From: Mobula hypostoma
Lineage: Eukaryota
Assembly: GCF_963921235.1 (NCBI RefSeq)
Contig: NC_086097.1
Coordinates: 147,376,001 to 147,440,000 of the forward strand
Length of the DNA stretch: 64,000 bases
Reading direction: 5' to 3'
The notes under the pieces were generated by a model. That model searched no databases. It saw nothing but the letters and a program-made list of their open reading frames with translations, and was not told the DNA's origin. Shown in pieces: positions 22,138 to 35,186 of this stretch. Both the position numbers and the translations under genes were made by a program. How positions within the stretch are numbered: the stretch's first letter is position 1; every line of letters begins with the position of its first letter.

Positions 22138-23625
22138 TGGTTATATATACAAAGTACATGAATGGCATACATCATCATACCACTGAGGTCATACATATGC
22201 ACCTTGCTAAAGCAGAAACGAAATACACGTGTTTCTCTCCCAGCTCTTTGTTTTCTTTCCAATTAATTTTATATTTTGGAATTACAAAGCATAACAGTGG
22301 TGATGAAGGTGTTATTAACAAACCTGAGATAACTACCTGCCTGTTGAAGTATAGAGAAGCTTTTGAATTTTAAAAAAAGTCCAGCAAGAGACAGGTGAGC
22401 AAAAGAGTATCACAGCATGGTTTTTTACCTCACAAGGGGAGAGAGTCAGTCAAGTTAAAAAAAAGGCAGGAAACAAGTTCTCGGGTCCATAAACAGTGTC
22501 GGATGATAATAATCATAAGTTTAAAAAGCAAACATGGCTGGCTACATAGGGAAGATAGATGCATTTGATTGCAGAAGAGATAATTGGATTTTGTACTCTG
22601 AATGGATTGAGCAGTATAGGAAATAGCTGATGAGAAGCAAGTGTCAATTTTGCCGAGTGCATTGGATTTGAAGGCGTACAGTTTCTTTAGAAGTTTAACT
22701 GCTCCAGCCAAACCAGCTAAAATAAGTTCTGTCAAAGCTTTGTGAAAGTAATGCAAAACAATGGTTGATTGCAGAACGCTTTAGGTTTCATAAGTGCAAT
22801 CAAAAGAAAGGGGATTCCATTTCCGTATATGTGGCTGAATTGAAACATTTTTCTGAGCATTGTCAATTCAATGGTGGGCTTAATGATGCACTGAGAAATT
22901 GTTTAGTTTGTGGAATTTTACATGAAAGCATTCAAAAACAACTCCTAACTGAAGCACAATTTACATTTGAAAGGCCAGCTGAAACAACTGTATCAATGGA
23001 AACCATAGAGAGTGATGCAATTGTTTACAATCAGAAAGCAAAGTCTAAATAGAAACTGGCCTGGCTGAAAGAATTGTGTTGCAATTGTGCAGGGGCACAT
23101 ATACACCAGACCAAAACAGATTTAAAAACAAAACTTGCAAAAAATGCAATAAAAGTAGAACACATACAAAGAGCACATCAGGCAGACAAAATAAATGGAC
23201 TGCACAGGTAAGAGATAAACAAAAAAAGTCAAGTTGCAGTTTCAAAAGGAGCACTAATCTGCATAATGCTGATGAAAAATCTAATTAAGAGTGATACAGG
23301 ACTTGGTAGCCTTGAGATTTACTATATGAAAACTAACACGAGACAAGCAAAATAGCTTACACCAGAAGTGAACAGTAAATTAATTGAAATGGAATTGGAC
23401 ACTGGGTTGGTCATTACAGTCATTACACAAAATGGGTTTGAGCAGCATATCAAAGATACTGAACCGAAGCCTGCAGGTATCCAATTCAGAACCTATACAA
23501 TTCAGAAAAAAGATAACTCCTGTAGGAATGACATTCATAATAATGAAATATAACAACCACAAGCTGCATTGAGCTAAAAACAGGAGGGCCAGCATTGTGG
23601 GGTCTGTTAGGGTGTATGCTGGAGT

Positions 23626-24103
23626 TATGGTATATAACAAATGCTAATTTCAACAGCAGCCAGTTTTCAGAACTAGACGTGGACTGTAGATTGAATTTAA
23701 GATGTAGCTTTGAACAATGGTCTTTGTGGAGCTGCACTTTGGGGCTGATTGCAAATAAAGAAGCACTCCATTTGACCTCAGAAGCCTGCAAATGCATGAT
23801 TGCTGCCCAGAGTCAATGGTAATTAACATTCATTTTGGATGTCTGGAGTGTGGGCGTGAAGAAGGAAGTGTTTGAAAATAATATGTAATTCAAAGGAAGT
23901 ATTATAGATATATTGTAACTGTAGAATTGTCCTGCTGTCATCTTTGATCTTCAGCATTTAAAAATCTTATGTAATATAGGGTCAGGCAGTCCTTCTCTTC
24001 CAAGAGTATCTTGAATATGATGTCTGCTGCTCATTTTGCTGAATAAAGACTTCTATATCCATTAGCTTCAGTGTCTCTCCAGTGAATTTGTTCACACACA
24101 ACA
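23626..24103 (+). mobile_element. Possible solo LTR
   Basis: AATAAA at ~24042 followed by a U5-like stretch ending ...CACAACA. 5' end degenerate and no TSD seen. Confidence 0.35.
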
Positions 24104-24167
24104 TTTAGGTCTCTCATCCAGGATACATTTGTATTCCATTGTGTGGCCAGTGATCTCAGCAGTATCA

Positions 24168-24819
24168 AAGCTGATTTATACTTGTGCGTCAAATGTATAC
24201 CATAGGTACAGCTTAGTTGTGTACCTACATCGAACCCTACGCTGTAGCCTAACATGCACCTCTCCCAAAATGTAACTACACATCGCGGCGACGCAGACCG
24301 AACAACTGTGATTGGTCCGCTTGGTAGCATCACATTTCCTCCTACACTACAATAGCTTCCCATTGGGCGACTGAAGGGTAGGGAAGGAACTCTGGCTGCA
24401 ATGCTTTCCATAAAGCTTTACAGACCTCCGAAATTATGGAGAACCCTGTGCTTGATGCCAGTTTGTAGCTAGCTGCTACAGCCTGTTGACTTCCAGCTGA
24501 AGCTAAAACTCGAATGGTGATTGCCAGTCTCCGAGTATACTGTGCGTACACTGATGCAAAATAAATGGTTGCAGATGATGAACCAAATCATCAGATCTAC
24601 CTGCCGACATCCGAAGATATTTGAATTGCATTTCCTCGTCCATGTCTCTCAGTGGCTGGACAAGTACAGAAAATTCATCCTCCTTCAGTGTCAGTCACCA
24701 TTGTTTGAAGTTTGAGTTTCAACACGAAGAAACTCATGTTGAGTTTCAACATGAAGAAACTCAACACAATGGCATAGAAACCCCACCGCCAACTAGTGTT
24801 TTGGCGGTGAATTGCAGAG
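24168..24819 (-). mobile_element. Non-autonomous PIF/Harbinger derivative
   Basis: ORF 24342-24551 ([25 protein letters not shown]...[13 protein letters not shown]) is a Harbinger transposase N-terminal fragment. Right end is interrupted by Penelope sequence. Confidence 0.7.
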
Positions 24820-26025
24820 AGATGCAATTCCTCCGTCTCCACTGCACCTGCCCACAGGATGAGGCTTTTCATTTCAGAACACCAGAAATGTCCTCCTTCC
24901 TCAAAGAAAGGGCCTTCCCTTTCTCCACCATCAGCGCTTCCACACCTGCATATCTTCCATTTCACCCCACCCTCCTGCCGCCATACCAGGGATAGGGTTC
25001 CTCTTGTCCTCACCTACCACCCTACAAGCCTCTACATCCAGCACATAATTCTCCGTAACTTCCACCATCTCCAATGAGATTCCACCACCAAGCACATCTT
25101 TCCCTCCCCCCAACTTTCTGCTTTCTGCAGGGGTTGCTCCCCACATGACTCCCTTGTCCATTTGTTCCTCCCCACTGATCTCCCTCCTGGCACTTATCCT
25201 TGCCAGTGGAACAAGTGCCACACCTGCCCCTACACCTCCTCCCTCACTACTGTTCAGGGCCACAAATAGTCCTTCCAGGTGAGGTGACACTTCATCTGTG
25301 AGCCTGTTGGTGGTCATCTACTGTATCCAGTGCTCCCGGTGTGGCCTCCAGTATATCAGTGACACCCAACACAGGTGGAGAGACCACTTTGCAAGTACCT
25401 GCACTCCATCCACCAGAAAAAGAGGGATCTCCCAGCGGCCACCCATTTTAATTCTACCTCCCATTCCCATTCCGACATGTCAGTCCATGGCGTCCTCTAC
25501 TGCCATGAAGAGGCCACACTCAGGTGGAGGAGCAACACCTTATTCTCTGTCTGGGTAGCCTCCAACTTAATGGCATGGATGTCAATCTCTCAAACTTCTG
25601 GTAATGCCACCCCTCCTTCTCCATTCCCTATTTTTATTTCCTTCTCACACTTGCTCTTCTTAAACACCTCTCTCTGGTGTTTGTCCTCCTTCTCTTTCTT
25701 CCATGGTCTTTTGTCCTATTCTATAAGATTCTCCCATTTTCTGGGCCTTTTTCTCTTTCACCAAGCAACTTCCCAGCTCTTTACTTCACCCCTCCCCCTC
25801 TTCCAGTTCCACCTGTCACTTGTCACCTTATACTTCCTCCTCCCGTCTTCTCACCTTCTGATTCTGACTGCTTTCCCCTTTTCTTTCCAGTCCTGATGAA
25901 AGGTCTCGGCTTGAAACGTCGACTGTTCATAACTTTCCATGGGTGCTGCCTGGCCTGCTGAGTCCTTCCAGCATTTTGTGTGTGTTGCTTGGATTTCCAG
26001 CATCTGCAGATCTTCTTGTGTTTGT
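24820..26025 (+). mobile_element. Penelope-like element 3' part, degraded
   Basis: Homologous to 36839-38050 (RVPLVLTYHPTS, GIY-YIG region VIYCIQCSRCGLQYI). Pyrimidine-rich 3' UTR, hammerhead and 3' tail present. Confidence 0.88.
25888..25925 (+). ncRNA. Minimal type I hammerhead ribozyme
   Basis: CAGTC-CTGATGA-AAG(GTCTCGG)CTT-GAAA-CGTC-GACTG. Helix II is AAG/CTT versus AGG/CCT in the other copies. Confidence 0.82.
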
Positions 26026-27414
26026 GCAGCATCTCTAATGTTCTGTTTGCTTAATTCTGCAAGTTTATACAGTTTCTCTTCTCAATTGTGCCTATCTTAT
26101 ATAAATAAATAAATTTTGGTGTTGATTTCTACAAAAATAGCCCCACTTACTAATTTAAATTTTACTTGCATCCATTCTTTTTCCAGGGAATACTTATGTA
26201 CATGTCTGGCATGATTCTCCCTAATGACAAATACCAAATATGGCATGGAACTATAGATTCTGCACACTGTAGACCTATTGAAAGGTGCTACAAGTTGTGA
26301 TCTAATGCTCACAGTTCAGGTGCAATGTTAGGTTGTTTTATAGTTCCACATCCCCCTTACTTTCCCCTCCTTTTCTTTCTTCTTATCTGTATCAGTGGTG
26401 TGGTTTGCTGCGAACAGTATTCTTTAATTGTGCTGAGCCACTGCTGTGAATTCTGTGAAAGGGCAAACCAGGTTCTATGACTTGAAATTGTTGACTGTGA
26501 TTTCTTAAGGCAAAAATGGTCCAATTTAGTAATTTTTTTGGCAATGATGCTTTGGCATAAAGGAAAGGCACCATACCTATTTAGTACACCAAAAATTCAT
26601 GAAATCCAACTTCAGGCTTTATTCTCAGATTCAATAAGGACCAATTTTTCCTTCCTCATGCCTGGCTGCTCCATTTTGGACTACTTAATGGAAACAAATT
26701 TAAAATCTTCAATAGAAACAATATGCTTTTCTAATTTGTTTGCGAAGTTAGCTGTATAATTATCTGCCAAGACCAACCTTGAATGAACTCCCAGGTTTGT
26801 CAAAACGTTTTTATTTCAACTTTGCTGGTGGCTGCAGTTCAATTCAAATACGGTTGTTCTCGCTTAAATCTACACAACCTACTTTTTCATTCAACCTACC
26901 CTTCCAGAAACCTTCGTGTCATTCCAACAATATTTCTAATTACTGTTATTCAACTGGGCCACAAGAATATACTGTAAATTCTATCAGCTTTATGCAAGAA
27001 ACAAGTTGGCTGTTGGTTTAACATTTTAATTTTTTCCTATTTATTCGTTGCTTTCAATATTTAAATAGATCTTCCTAATTTCTTATACTGCAATGTTACT
27101 TGCATAATCATATATCGACAGTCTTCTCTCTCCTCTGCACCTTTGTCTTTAACCTCCTGTGAAATGGTAATTCCTTTTACTCTTCCTAGAGGCAGATACA
27201 TCAGCCATTTTGATATTGTTCTATAGAACTGTCTCTTTAACTATCTATCTCTATTTTCAAAATGTCTCAGCTATTCGTCTCTAACCTCACTCCAGTGCTT
27301 TCTTAAATGTTTTTATGAATTGTTTTGTGAAATATATTTATCTAAATGTGCTGAATGAATGGGTGAGCATTTTTCTGAAATGATCACAATTCCCTGATCT
27401 TTACCAAAGCTTTG

Positions 27415-29045
27415 GATAGGAGCAAATGGTACAGGAAAGCTTTTAATTTGGAAAAGTGAATTATGATGCTATTAGCAGGAACTTGGGAGCGTAAATTGGG
27501 AACAGATGTACTCAGGAAAATGCACAATGAAAATGTGAAGATTGGTTATGGAGCATTTGCATGTGGTTCATGATAGCTTTGTCCCTTTGGGGCAGGGAAA
27601 GGGTGGTAGGGTGAAGGAACCATTGATGACAAGAGATGTGGAACATCTAGTCAAGAGGAAGAAATAATCATACTTAAGATTTAGAAAGCAAATATTGGAC
27701 AGTGCTCTTAAGGGTTGCAAGGTAGCCAGGAAGAAGCTTAAGAAACGACTTAAAATGCCGAGAAGCGGGTATGAGAAGGCTTTGGTGAGTTGGATTAAGG
27801 AAAACTACAAGCTGTTCTACACGTAGTTGAAGAATAGGAAGATGACTAGAGTGAGGGTAGGACTGATCAGGGATAAAAGAGAAACCATGTGCCTGGAGCT
27901 GGGGGAGGTAAAGGAGATCCTTAATGAATATTTTGCTTCAGTAGTCACCAGAGAGAGAGACTTTGACAAATGTGAGGTCATCATAAAACAGATTAATATG
28001 CTGGAACATGTCGAGATTAAGAAAGAGGACATGCTGGAACTCTTGAAAAACATTATGATAAATAGATGGAGTTCAATTTAGAAAGGTTCAATCCTTTGAA
28101 AGGTCAAACTTGAAGGCAGTATACAGAGTTAATGGAAGGATCTTATCCATAGATCCTTTAATATTGCAGTGCAAGTTGATATGGGGAGAAGTCGTGTTGG
28201 CCTCCATTAGCCATGAGATTGAGATCAAGAGCCATGGGGTAACTTTGCAGCTCAGTAAAACTCTGGTTAGATTGTAGGTTTTCACAAATAAACTGATGTG
28301 ACACATTTTATGTTTAAGAAAAACCGTAACAACTTATTCATTAAACTTCAAAAAAACTGAACACAAAGCACAGTAAAAGTTCTTTACATAATTATGTCAT
28401 CACATCAGACCAGCTCTTAAAGTGAATCTCAACTCAATGTCAGTGGTTGTGAATTATGTATGTTTCCACAAATGAAATTACTCTACAAGACTGCACTTGG
28501 TATATTGTGTCCAGTAGCCTTATTAAAGGAAATATGTGGAAGCTTTAATGATGGTGCAGAGGAAATTTACCAGGACACTGCTTTGATTAAAAGCGCATAC
28601 TTTATGAGGATAAGTTGAGTGAGATAGGCCTTTTATCATTGGAGCAAAAGAGACTGAGAGGTGACTAAATAATGGTGTACAAGATGCGAAGAGGCATAGA
28701 TAGAGCTGACAGCCAGATACTTTTCCCCAGAGCACAAATGGCTAATACAAGGGGGCATAATTTTAAGGGGTTTGGAAGAAGCATAGGAGGGATATCAGTG
28801 GTAAGTTTTTTTTTTACGTAGAGAGTGGTAGGTGCATTGAAAGTGCTGCCAGTGGTAGTGGTAGAGGCCGATATATTAGGGACATTTAAGAGACTCTTAA
28901 ATAGGCACATAGATGAAAGAAAATTGGAGGGCTATATGGGAGGAAAGGGCTAGATTGACTTTGGAGTAGGTTATAGGGTCGTACAACATTGTTAGTCAAA
29001 GGGCCAGTAAGGTGATACAATGTTCTATGTTGAATGTTCTATGGA
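27415..29045 (+). mobile_element. CR1 LINE fragments, degraded
   Basis: ORF 27827-28081 (EILNEYFASV) and a CR1 3' end at 28500-29045. Confidence 0.75.
28273..28487. mobile_element. Short solo LTR inserted in CR1
   Basis: 215 bp with TGTAG...CTACA inverted ends, flanked by AGAT/AGAC. It interrupts the CR1 motif CTGGTTAGAC|TGCACTTGG. Confidence 0.65.
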
Positions 29046-29427
29046 TACCAACTCCATTAGCCCTGAGAGATGAATAGTGGTTCTATTATACATTTGAACA
29101 TGGAAGCAGGGTAATGAATTCACAGGCCTGTTTCTTTTCATTATTCCTGTTTGGAACCTGGGTATTGCCTGCAAGGGCAATATTTGTTGCTTATCTTAAA
29201 TGCCCTTGAATTGTTGGTGGTGATCTGCACTCTGGGACCACCACAATAACTCTTGTGAAGTGCCTCTGCAATGCTGTTGGGGAGGCTGTTCCAAGATTTA
29301 AACTTAGCAATAATGAAGGAACAGTGATCTATTGTATTTTCAAGTTTGATTTGAAGAAGAACCTTTAGCTGGCAACGTTTCCATTTACCTGAAGCTCTTG
29401 CCCTTTTTGATCATAAAGGTCGTATAG

Positions 29428-30640
29428 CAGGGGTCCCCAACCTTTTATGCAATGCGGACCGGTTTAATATTGACAATATTCTTGTGGACCGGCCGACCGG
29501 GGGTGGGGGGGGGGTGTAGGTTTGCCAACGGACAAGAGTAGCAGTCAAATGCGTTGTTTACCCAAAAGACTACAATGACCATGAAGCCTTGCGCGGGCAC
29601 CAATGCGCATGCGCGTCGTGACCTGCCGATTTCCCCACCGCCCCCCCCCCAAGCAAATCAAACAAATCCTCTTTGGCGATTCTGTTTGTGGGGGTGGGTG
29701 TTAATCACTACCAGAATATAGGTGATAAGTGGGTAATACACTCAATTTTGTTTCTAAAAGGGTTTATCTAACAAATTTAATATTAAACACAGAGCGCATA
29801 TTTTCCTCGCATGAATATAATGATAAGTCAATTATCAGGGGAGCTTGAAGTAAGTGTTGAACGAACTCCAGTAGAAGTGGCAGAAGCAGGTTCGATATGA
29901 TCATTTAAAGAAAAATTGGATAGCTATATGGACAGGAAAGGAATGGAGGGTTATGGGCTGAGTGCAGGTCAGCGGGACTAGGTGAGAGTAGCGATCGGCA
30001 CAGACTAGAAGGGCCGAGATGGCCTGTTTCCGTGCTGTAATTGTTATATGGTTATATAGGTCACTTATAAATCAATAGCATCATAACATTTTAAGTAACA
30101 TTTGGATATTAAACGCACAACACATATTTTCCCCGTATGAATATATAAAATCATTGCAACACGCCAATATCACTGAATCAGTGGGAGCCCTGGGCTTGTT
30201 TCCCTGCAACAACACTGTCCTATCGAGGGGTGATGGGAGACAGCGATACTCAAAGGGGGTTCCTGATGTCCAGTCTATTCCGCAGGTTAGTTTTCGTTGC
30301 ATTCATTGCAGAAAACTCCGCTTCGCAGAAAAATGTTGGAAATGGAAGCAACATTTTCAGTGCTTTCATGGCTATCTCAGGATATTTAGCCTTGACTTTG
30401 ATCCAAAATGCCGATAGAGATGTTATGTTAGACATACTTTTCAGCCCGTCGTCATTTGCAAGCTCGAGGAGTTGATTGCCTGCCCACCCTGAAACGGATG
30501 ACGCGCGTGTCATGACCCCACATGTGTAATGGCTGATCAGTGGCCGTGACAGGGAATGAGGAAAGGTGCAGCTGACCAAATCATATCGCTTCCTCGCGGC
30601 CTGGCAGCGCATGCTCTGCGGCCCGGTGGTTGGGGGACAC
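29428..30640 (-). mobile_element. Non-autonomous hAT (Charlie/Buster-like) element containing a CR1 3' end
   Basis: TIR-like ends CAGGGGTCCCCAACC / GGTTGGGGGAC. Transposase C-terminal fragment FWIKVKAKYPEIAMKALKMLLPFPT..CEAEFSAM..KTNLRNRL (ORF 30250-30726). CR1 tail at ~29868-30058. Confidence 0.85.
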
Positions 30641-32752
30641 CACACCCTCTCCAAGGCAACATATCTTACTAAAATTATTGGGATACAGCACAGAATAGGC
30701 CCTTCCGACCCTTCAAGCCACGCCACCCAACAACCCCCAATTTAACCCATGCAGTGACACAGAGAGTATTTAACTCCTTACAGACAGCAGCAGGAATATA
30801 CATGATTAGGGATCAAAGCATTATATATTTGAGTTGATATACATTCTGTTTTGAGCTGGATGGAGTTCATAGCTAAGCAGCGTTGAGTTATTTGACCTTT
30901 CTTTTAATGTGTCATCACGCCAAGGGTTTGCATGGCTGTGTCATTACCACTAACCCAATATCTTTCAGTTCTCCAGGTATACAATTAGACTTTTACCTCT
31001 TTCAATATTCTTATTAGTTTCTACATAGAAGAATACAGAGTGCAAGTATATATAAAGGTTAAAAAAAAGCTACCAATGACATTATATCTATTGATAATAA
31101 CAATCTCATTACCCCGTATTCATGTAGGTTAGTCAAAGTTATATTGAAATATATTAATTTATTACAAAAGAAGAGTCTAACCCCTACCAAGACCGAAGCT
31201 GTTCATTAAGGAGAAAAAAAGGTAAAATGCCTTCTCATATAATAAAAATTAATAATAGCCAACATCTAAATTTAAACAATGAGTTGAGGGTTTTGAAAGT
31301 TTTGAAAATAATTCAGAAAAGGTCTCCACAATATTTGAAAGTCTTGACGAGATTCAGAAATTGAACAACGAATCTTCTCTAAATCTAAGCATCGCATAAC
31401 CATTGAGCATGAGTAGGAGGAGAAACATCTTTCCATTGAAACAAAAGTGCCCTCCTAGCTATAAGAGAGCTAAAGGTCAAAATATATAAATCAGATGTCT
31501 TCAGCTTGATATCTTGTCCTGCAATACTGAATAGGGCCGTCAGAGGATTAGGCTTAAAATTTACTTTGAAAAGTAAAGAAAGAGTTTGAAAAACTTGCTT
31601 CCAATATTTTTCAAGACATGGACAAGTCCAAAACATATGATTTAATGAAGCATCTCCATTTTTACATCTGTCCCAGCAGGGAGATATATCCAAATAAAAA
31701 TGAGATAGCTTATCTTTAGTCATATGGGCTCTATGTACCACCTTAAATTGTATGAGGGAATGGTGAGCACATAGCGAGGAAGTATTAACCAGTTTAAAAA
31801 TTTAATTTCAAGTTTCCTCAGATATTGATGTCTGTAAATCTTGTTCCCAGGGATTCTTGATCTTGTCTAAAGGAACATACTTCATCTCCAGTAACATATC
31901 ATAAATATCAGATATTGAACCATTATGAAGAGGTGTCAAATTAAAAATTATGTCTAGTAAGTTCTTATCTGAGCTTATAGGAAATGTGCATAATTACGAT
32001 ATTAGGAAGTCTCTGATTTGTAGATATCTAAACAAGTGAGTTTTGGGTAAGCTGACAATTGCTCAAATTAAAAAGATTTCCTCCAACAAACAGATACCAA
32101 AAACATTTAATACCCAACCTGTCCCATTCTTTAAAAACTAAATCAGTCATGGAGGGTTTAAATTAAAAAAAATAGAATAAATGGGACTAGAAAGGGAAAA
32201 TCTCAATAAACCAAAAAGTTTTCTAAATTGTATCCAGATCCTCAGAGTATGTTTAACTATTAAATTATCAGTTATTTTACTTACAAATAAAGGAAGTGAG
32301 GATCCAAGAAGAGAAATAATACAAAATTTATTAATAGAGTTAGCTTCTAAAGAAACCCATACCAGAAAATCTACACTATTAATATAATATAGCCAAAACG
32401 TAAGATATTGTATATTAACTGCCAAGTAATAAAAACTAAAATTAGGTAAGGCTAAACCTCCAGACATATCAAGTTTGTGAAGATGAACTTTATTTAAATG
32501 AGGACGTTTATTTTTCCAAATATAGGAGGATAAAATAGATTCAAGAGAGTCAAAAAAGGATTTAGGAATAAAAACGGGTAAAGCCTGAAAAAGATTTATA
32601 AATTTAGGTAGAATATTCATTTTAATAGAATTATTTCATCCAATCAACAATATTGAAAGAGGTGACCAATTTAGTATCATTTTTACATGGTTCAATAAAG
32701 TAAGAAAGTTTTCTTTAAACGGGTGTTTGTAATTCTTAGTGATTGTTACACC

Positions 32753-33432
32753 TGTCACGTGACCAGCAACAATGAATATAGAATTGAGTCAAGTTCTATA
32801 AACAAACATAAACATTTATTAAACTCTGCTCAACAGTAGCGAAAAGTATTCAAATGACTAACTTAACCGGAAGTTAACTGCCATACAGCAACTCTGGAAC
32901 AGTTCTTAAAGTGGCAAATTCGAACACAGTCTTGAAATGGTAAACTCGTAAGTCCAAGTGATTTACACAGTCAAAAAGGAGAGACTTCTCTGGAAACGGA
33001 TTTCTTCGAAGATGTGACATTACTGTTGATTCTCCAAAGGATTCACGATGAAGGAAATAAAATGGCTTAAAGGAGCTGACCTTTTCCTGGCGAATGAACA
33101 CTGCACAAACCTTCCTGATATTATAGGGTTTATCTCAGGCGCAGGTCACTATTTCTGAACGAAGATTCAATAAGGTTTATCCTGTATTAAACCGCCGAAC
33201 GACACCAACTTTATTCAATCCTTCAGGTTCCTGTACTTTAGTAAGGTCTTCACTCTCCAATACTAGACTTACAATAGAAAGTAAAACTCCACTTTAAAAC
33301 AAAACTGCATCATGCGACGAATACGCAGCATAACGGAGTAACTTTCGAATTAAATAACGAACTAAACTGTGTAACAACAGGGGTTTGCCGTTATATACCT
33401 GTTGAGAACATGTCATCACATGACTTCACTTC
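32753..33432. mobile_element. LTR-like insertion (truncated solo LTR) in L1
   Basis: Non-L1 block starting TGTCACGTGA that interrupts L1 ORF2. Minus-strand AATAAA near the left end. The other terminus is missing. Confidence 0.55.
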
Positions 33433-34740
33433 CTTCCAATTTAAAAAGGAAGCTTAGTATTAATTGATACCAAATTATTTAAAGGAAATAATTTACTCTT
33501 ATGTAGGTTCAGTTTATATCCTGAAAACTGGCTAAAACAGGAGAGTAAAGAAAGTACGCAAGGTAACGAGGTCTCAACATTAGAGGTAAAAAGCAATATA
33601 TCATCAGAATAAAGCGAGATTTTGTGAGTGATACCTCTTCTTAAAATACCACAGGTATCATTAGATTCTCAGAAAGCACTGGCAAGGAGTTCTAAAGCTA
33701 GATCAAAAAGCAAAGGACTCAACGGACAGCCTTGACTAGTTCCGCGGTGAAGTTTAAATGGTTTGGAATTTTGAAAATTAGTAAGAACCCGAGCAGAAGG
33801 AGATAAATAAAGTAATTTAATCCATCGAATAAAATCTGGTCCAAAATTAAATTTTTCTAAGGTTTTAAATAAATAATTCCATTCAACCGGATCGAAGGCA
33901 TTCTCAGCATCTAAGGATATCACATATTCCGATATCTCCTGAGAAGGAGAGTAAGTAACATTTAATACATGGCGTATATTAGAATGGGAATGTCGGTTTT
34001 TAATAAATCCAGTCTGATTGTCAGAAATAATAGAAAGTAAAATATTTTCAATCCTATGAGCCAAAACTTCAGAAAGAATTTTAGTATCAACACTGACTAA
34101 TGAAATTGGCCTATATTAAGAGCTTCCAGTTGGATTCTTGTTCTTTTTTAGGATGAGCAAAATAGAAGTTTCATAAAAAGATTGAGGCAAACTACCCAAT
34201 TTGAAAGAATCCAAAAAGACTGAGTATAACTGTGGTATAATTAATGATGAAAGAGCCTTATAAAATTCTCCAGAAAATCCATCTGGACCCGGAGCCTTCC
34301 TCAAGCATAATGAACGTATAGCCTCATAGATTTCCTCATAAGAAATGGGCTGATACATCTGTTTGCAATTATCTGCAGAAAGCGCAGGGATATTGAATTG
34401 ATCTAGAAAATTATTCATTACAGTATTATCTGTAGGAGTATCACAACTATAAAGTTTAGAATAGAATTCTCTATAAGTATCATTTATTTCAGAATAATCA
34501 GTTGTCCTATCACCATTAGTTTTGCAAATTTCTTTAATTTGTCATTTAACTACATAGGTTTTTAATTGGTTGGACAATACTTTGCCTGATTTATCTCCAT
34601 GAATGTAAAATTGAGTTTTGTCTTTAAGAAGCTGAGTTTGAATTGGATATGTTAACAGAAAATCATATTTAGTTTTAACTTCAACACGACTTTTATACAA
34701 AACAGGATCTGGAGCTATAGCATATATTTGATCCAATTGA

Positions 34741-35186
34741 AGGATGACTGGTTGAACTAGGCTTGTACTCGTTGGAATTTAGAAGATTGAGGGGAGATCT
34801 GATTGAAACGTATAAAATCCTAAAGGGATTGGACAGGCTAGATGCAGGAAGATTGTTCCCGATGTTGGGGAAGTGCAGAATGAGGGGTCACGGTTTGAGG
34901 ATAAAGGCGAAGCCTCTTAGGACTGAGGTTAGGAAAAACTTCTTCACACAGAGAGTGGTGAATCTGTGGAATTCTCTGCCACAGGAAACAGTTGAGACCA
35001 GTTCATTGGCTATATTTAAGAGGGAGTTAGATATGGCCCTTGTGGCTAGGGGGATCAGAGGGTATGGAGGGAAGGCTGGTGCAGGGTTCTGAGTTGGATG
35101 ATCAGCCACGATCATAATAAATGGCGGTGCAGGCTCGAAGGGCCAAATGGCCTACTCCTGCACCTATTTTCTATGTTTCTATGTTT
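34741..35186 (+). mobile_element. Young 5'-truncated CR1 inserted in L1
   Basis: ORF 34763-35092 (YSLEFRRLRGDLIETYKIL...FFTQRVVNLWNSLP), (CTATGTTT)n tail, 7-bp TSD CAATTGA (34734-34740, 35187-35193). Confidence 0.93.

Larger units (their letters stand above)
17377..23625 (+). mobile_element. Degraded Ty3/Gypsy (Mag-like) element: 5' LTR split by the RTE insertion, gag and protease remnants
   Basis: LTR pieces 17377-17473 (TGTTGTG...) and ~22146-22296 (...AACA), then TGGTGATGA PBS-like sequence. Gag IAERFRFHKCNQKKGDSISVYVAELK (22765-23052), zinc-knuckle remnant ~23080-23170, protease MELDTG ~23390. Confidence 0.75.
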
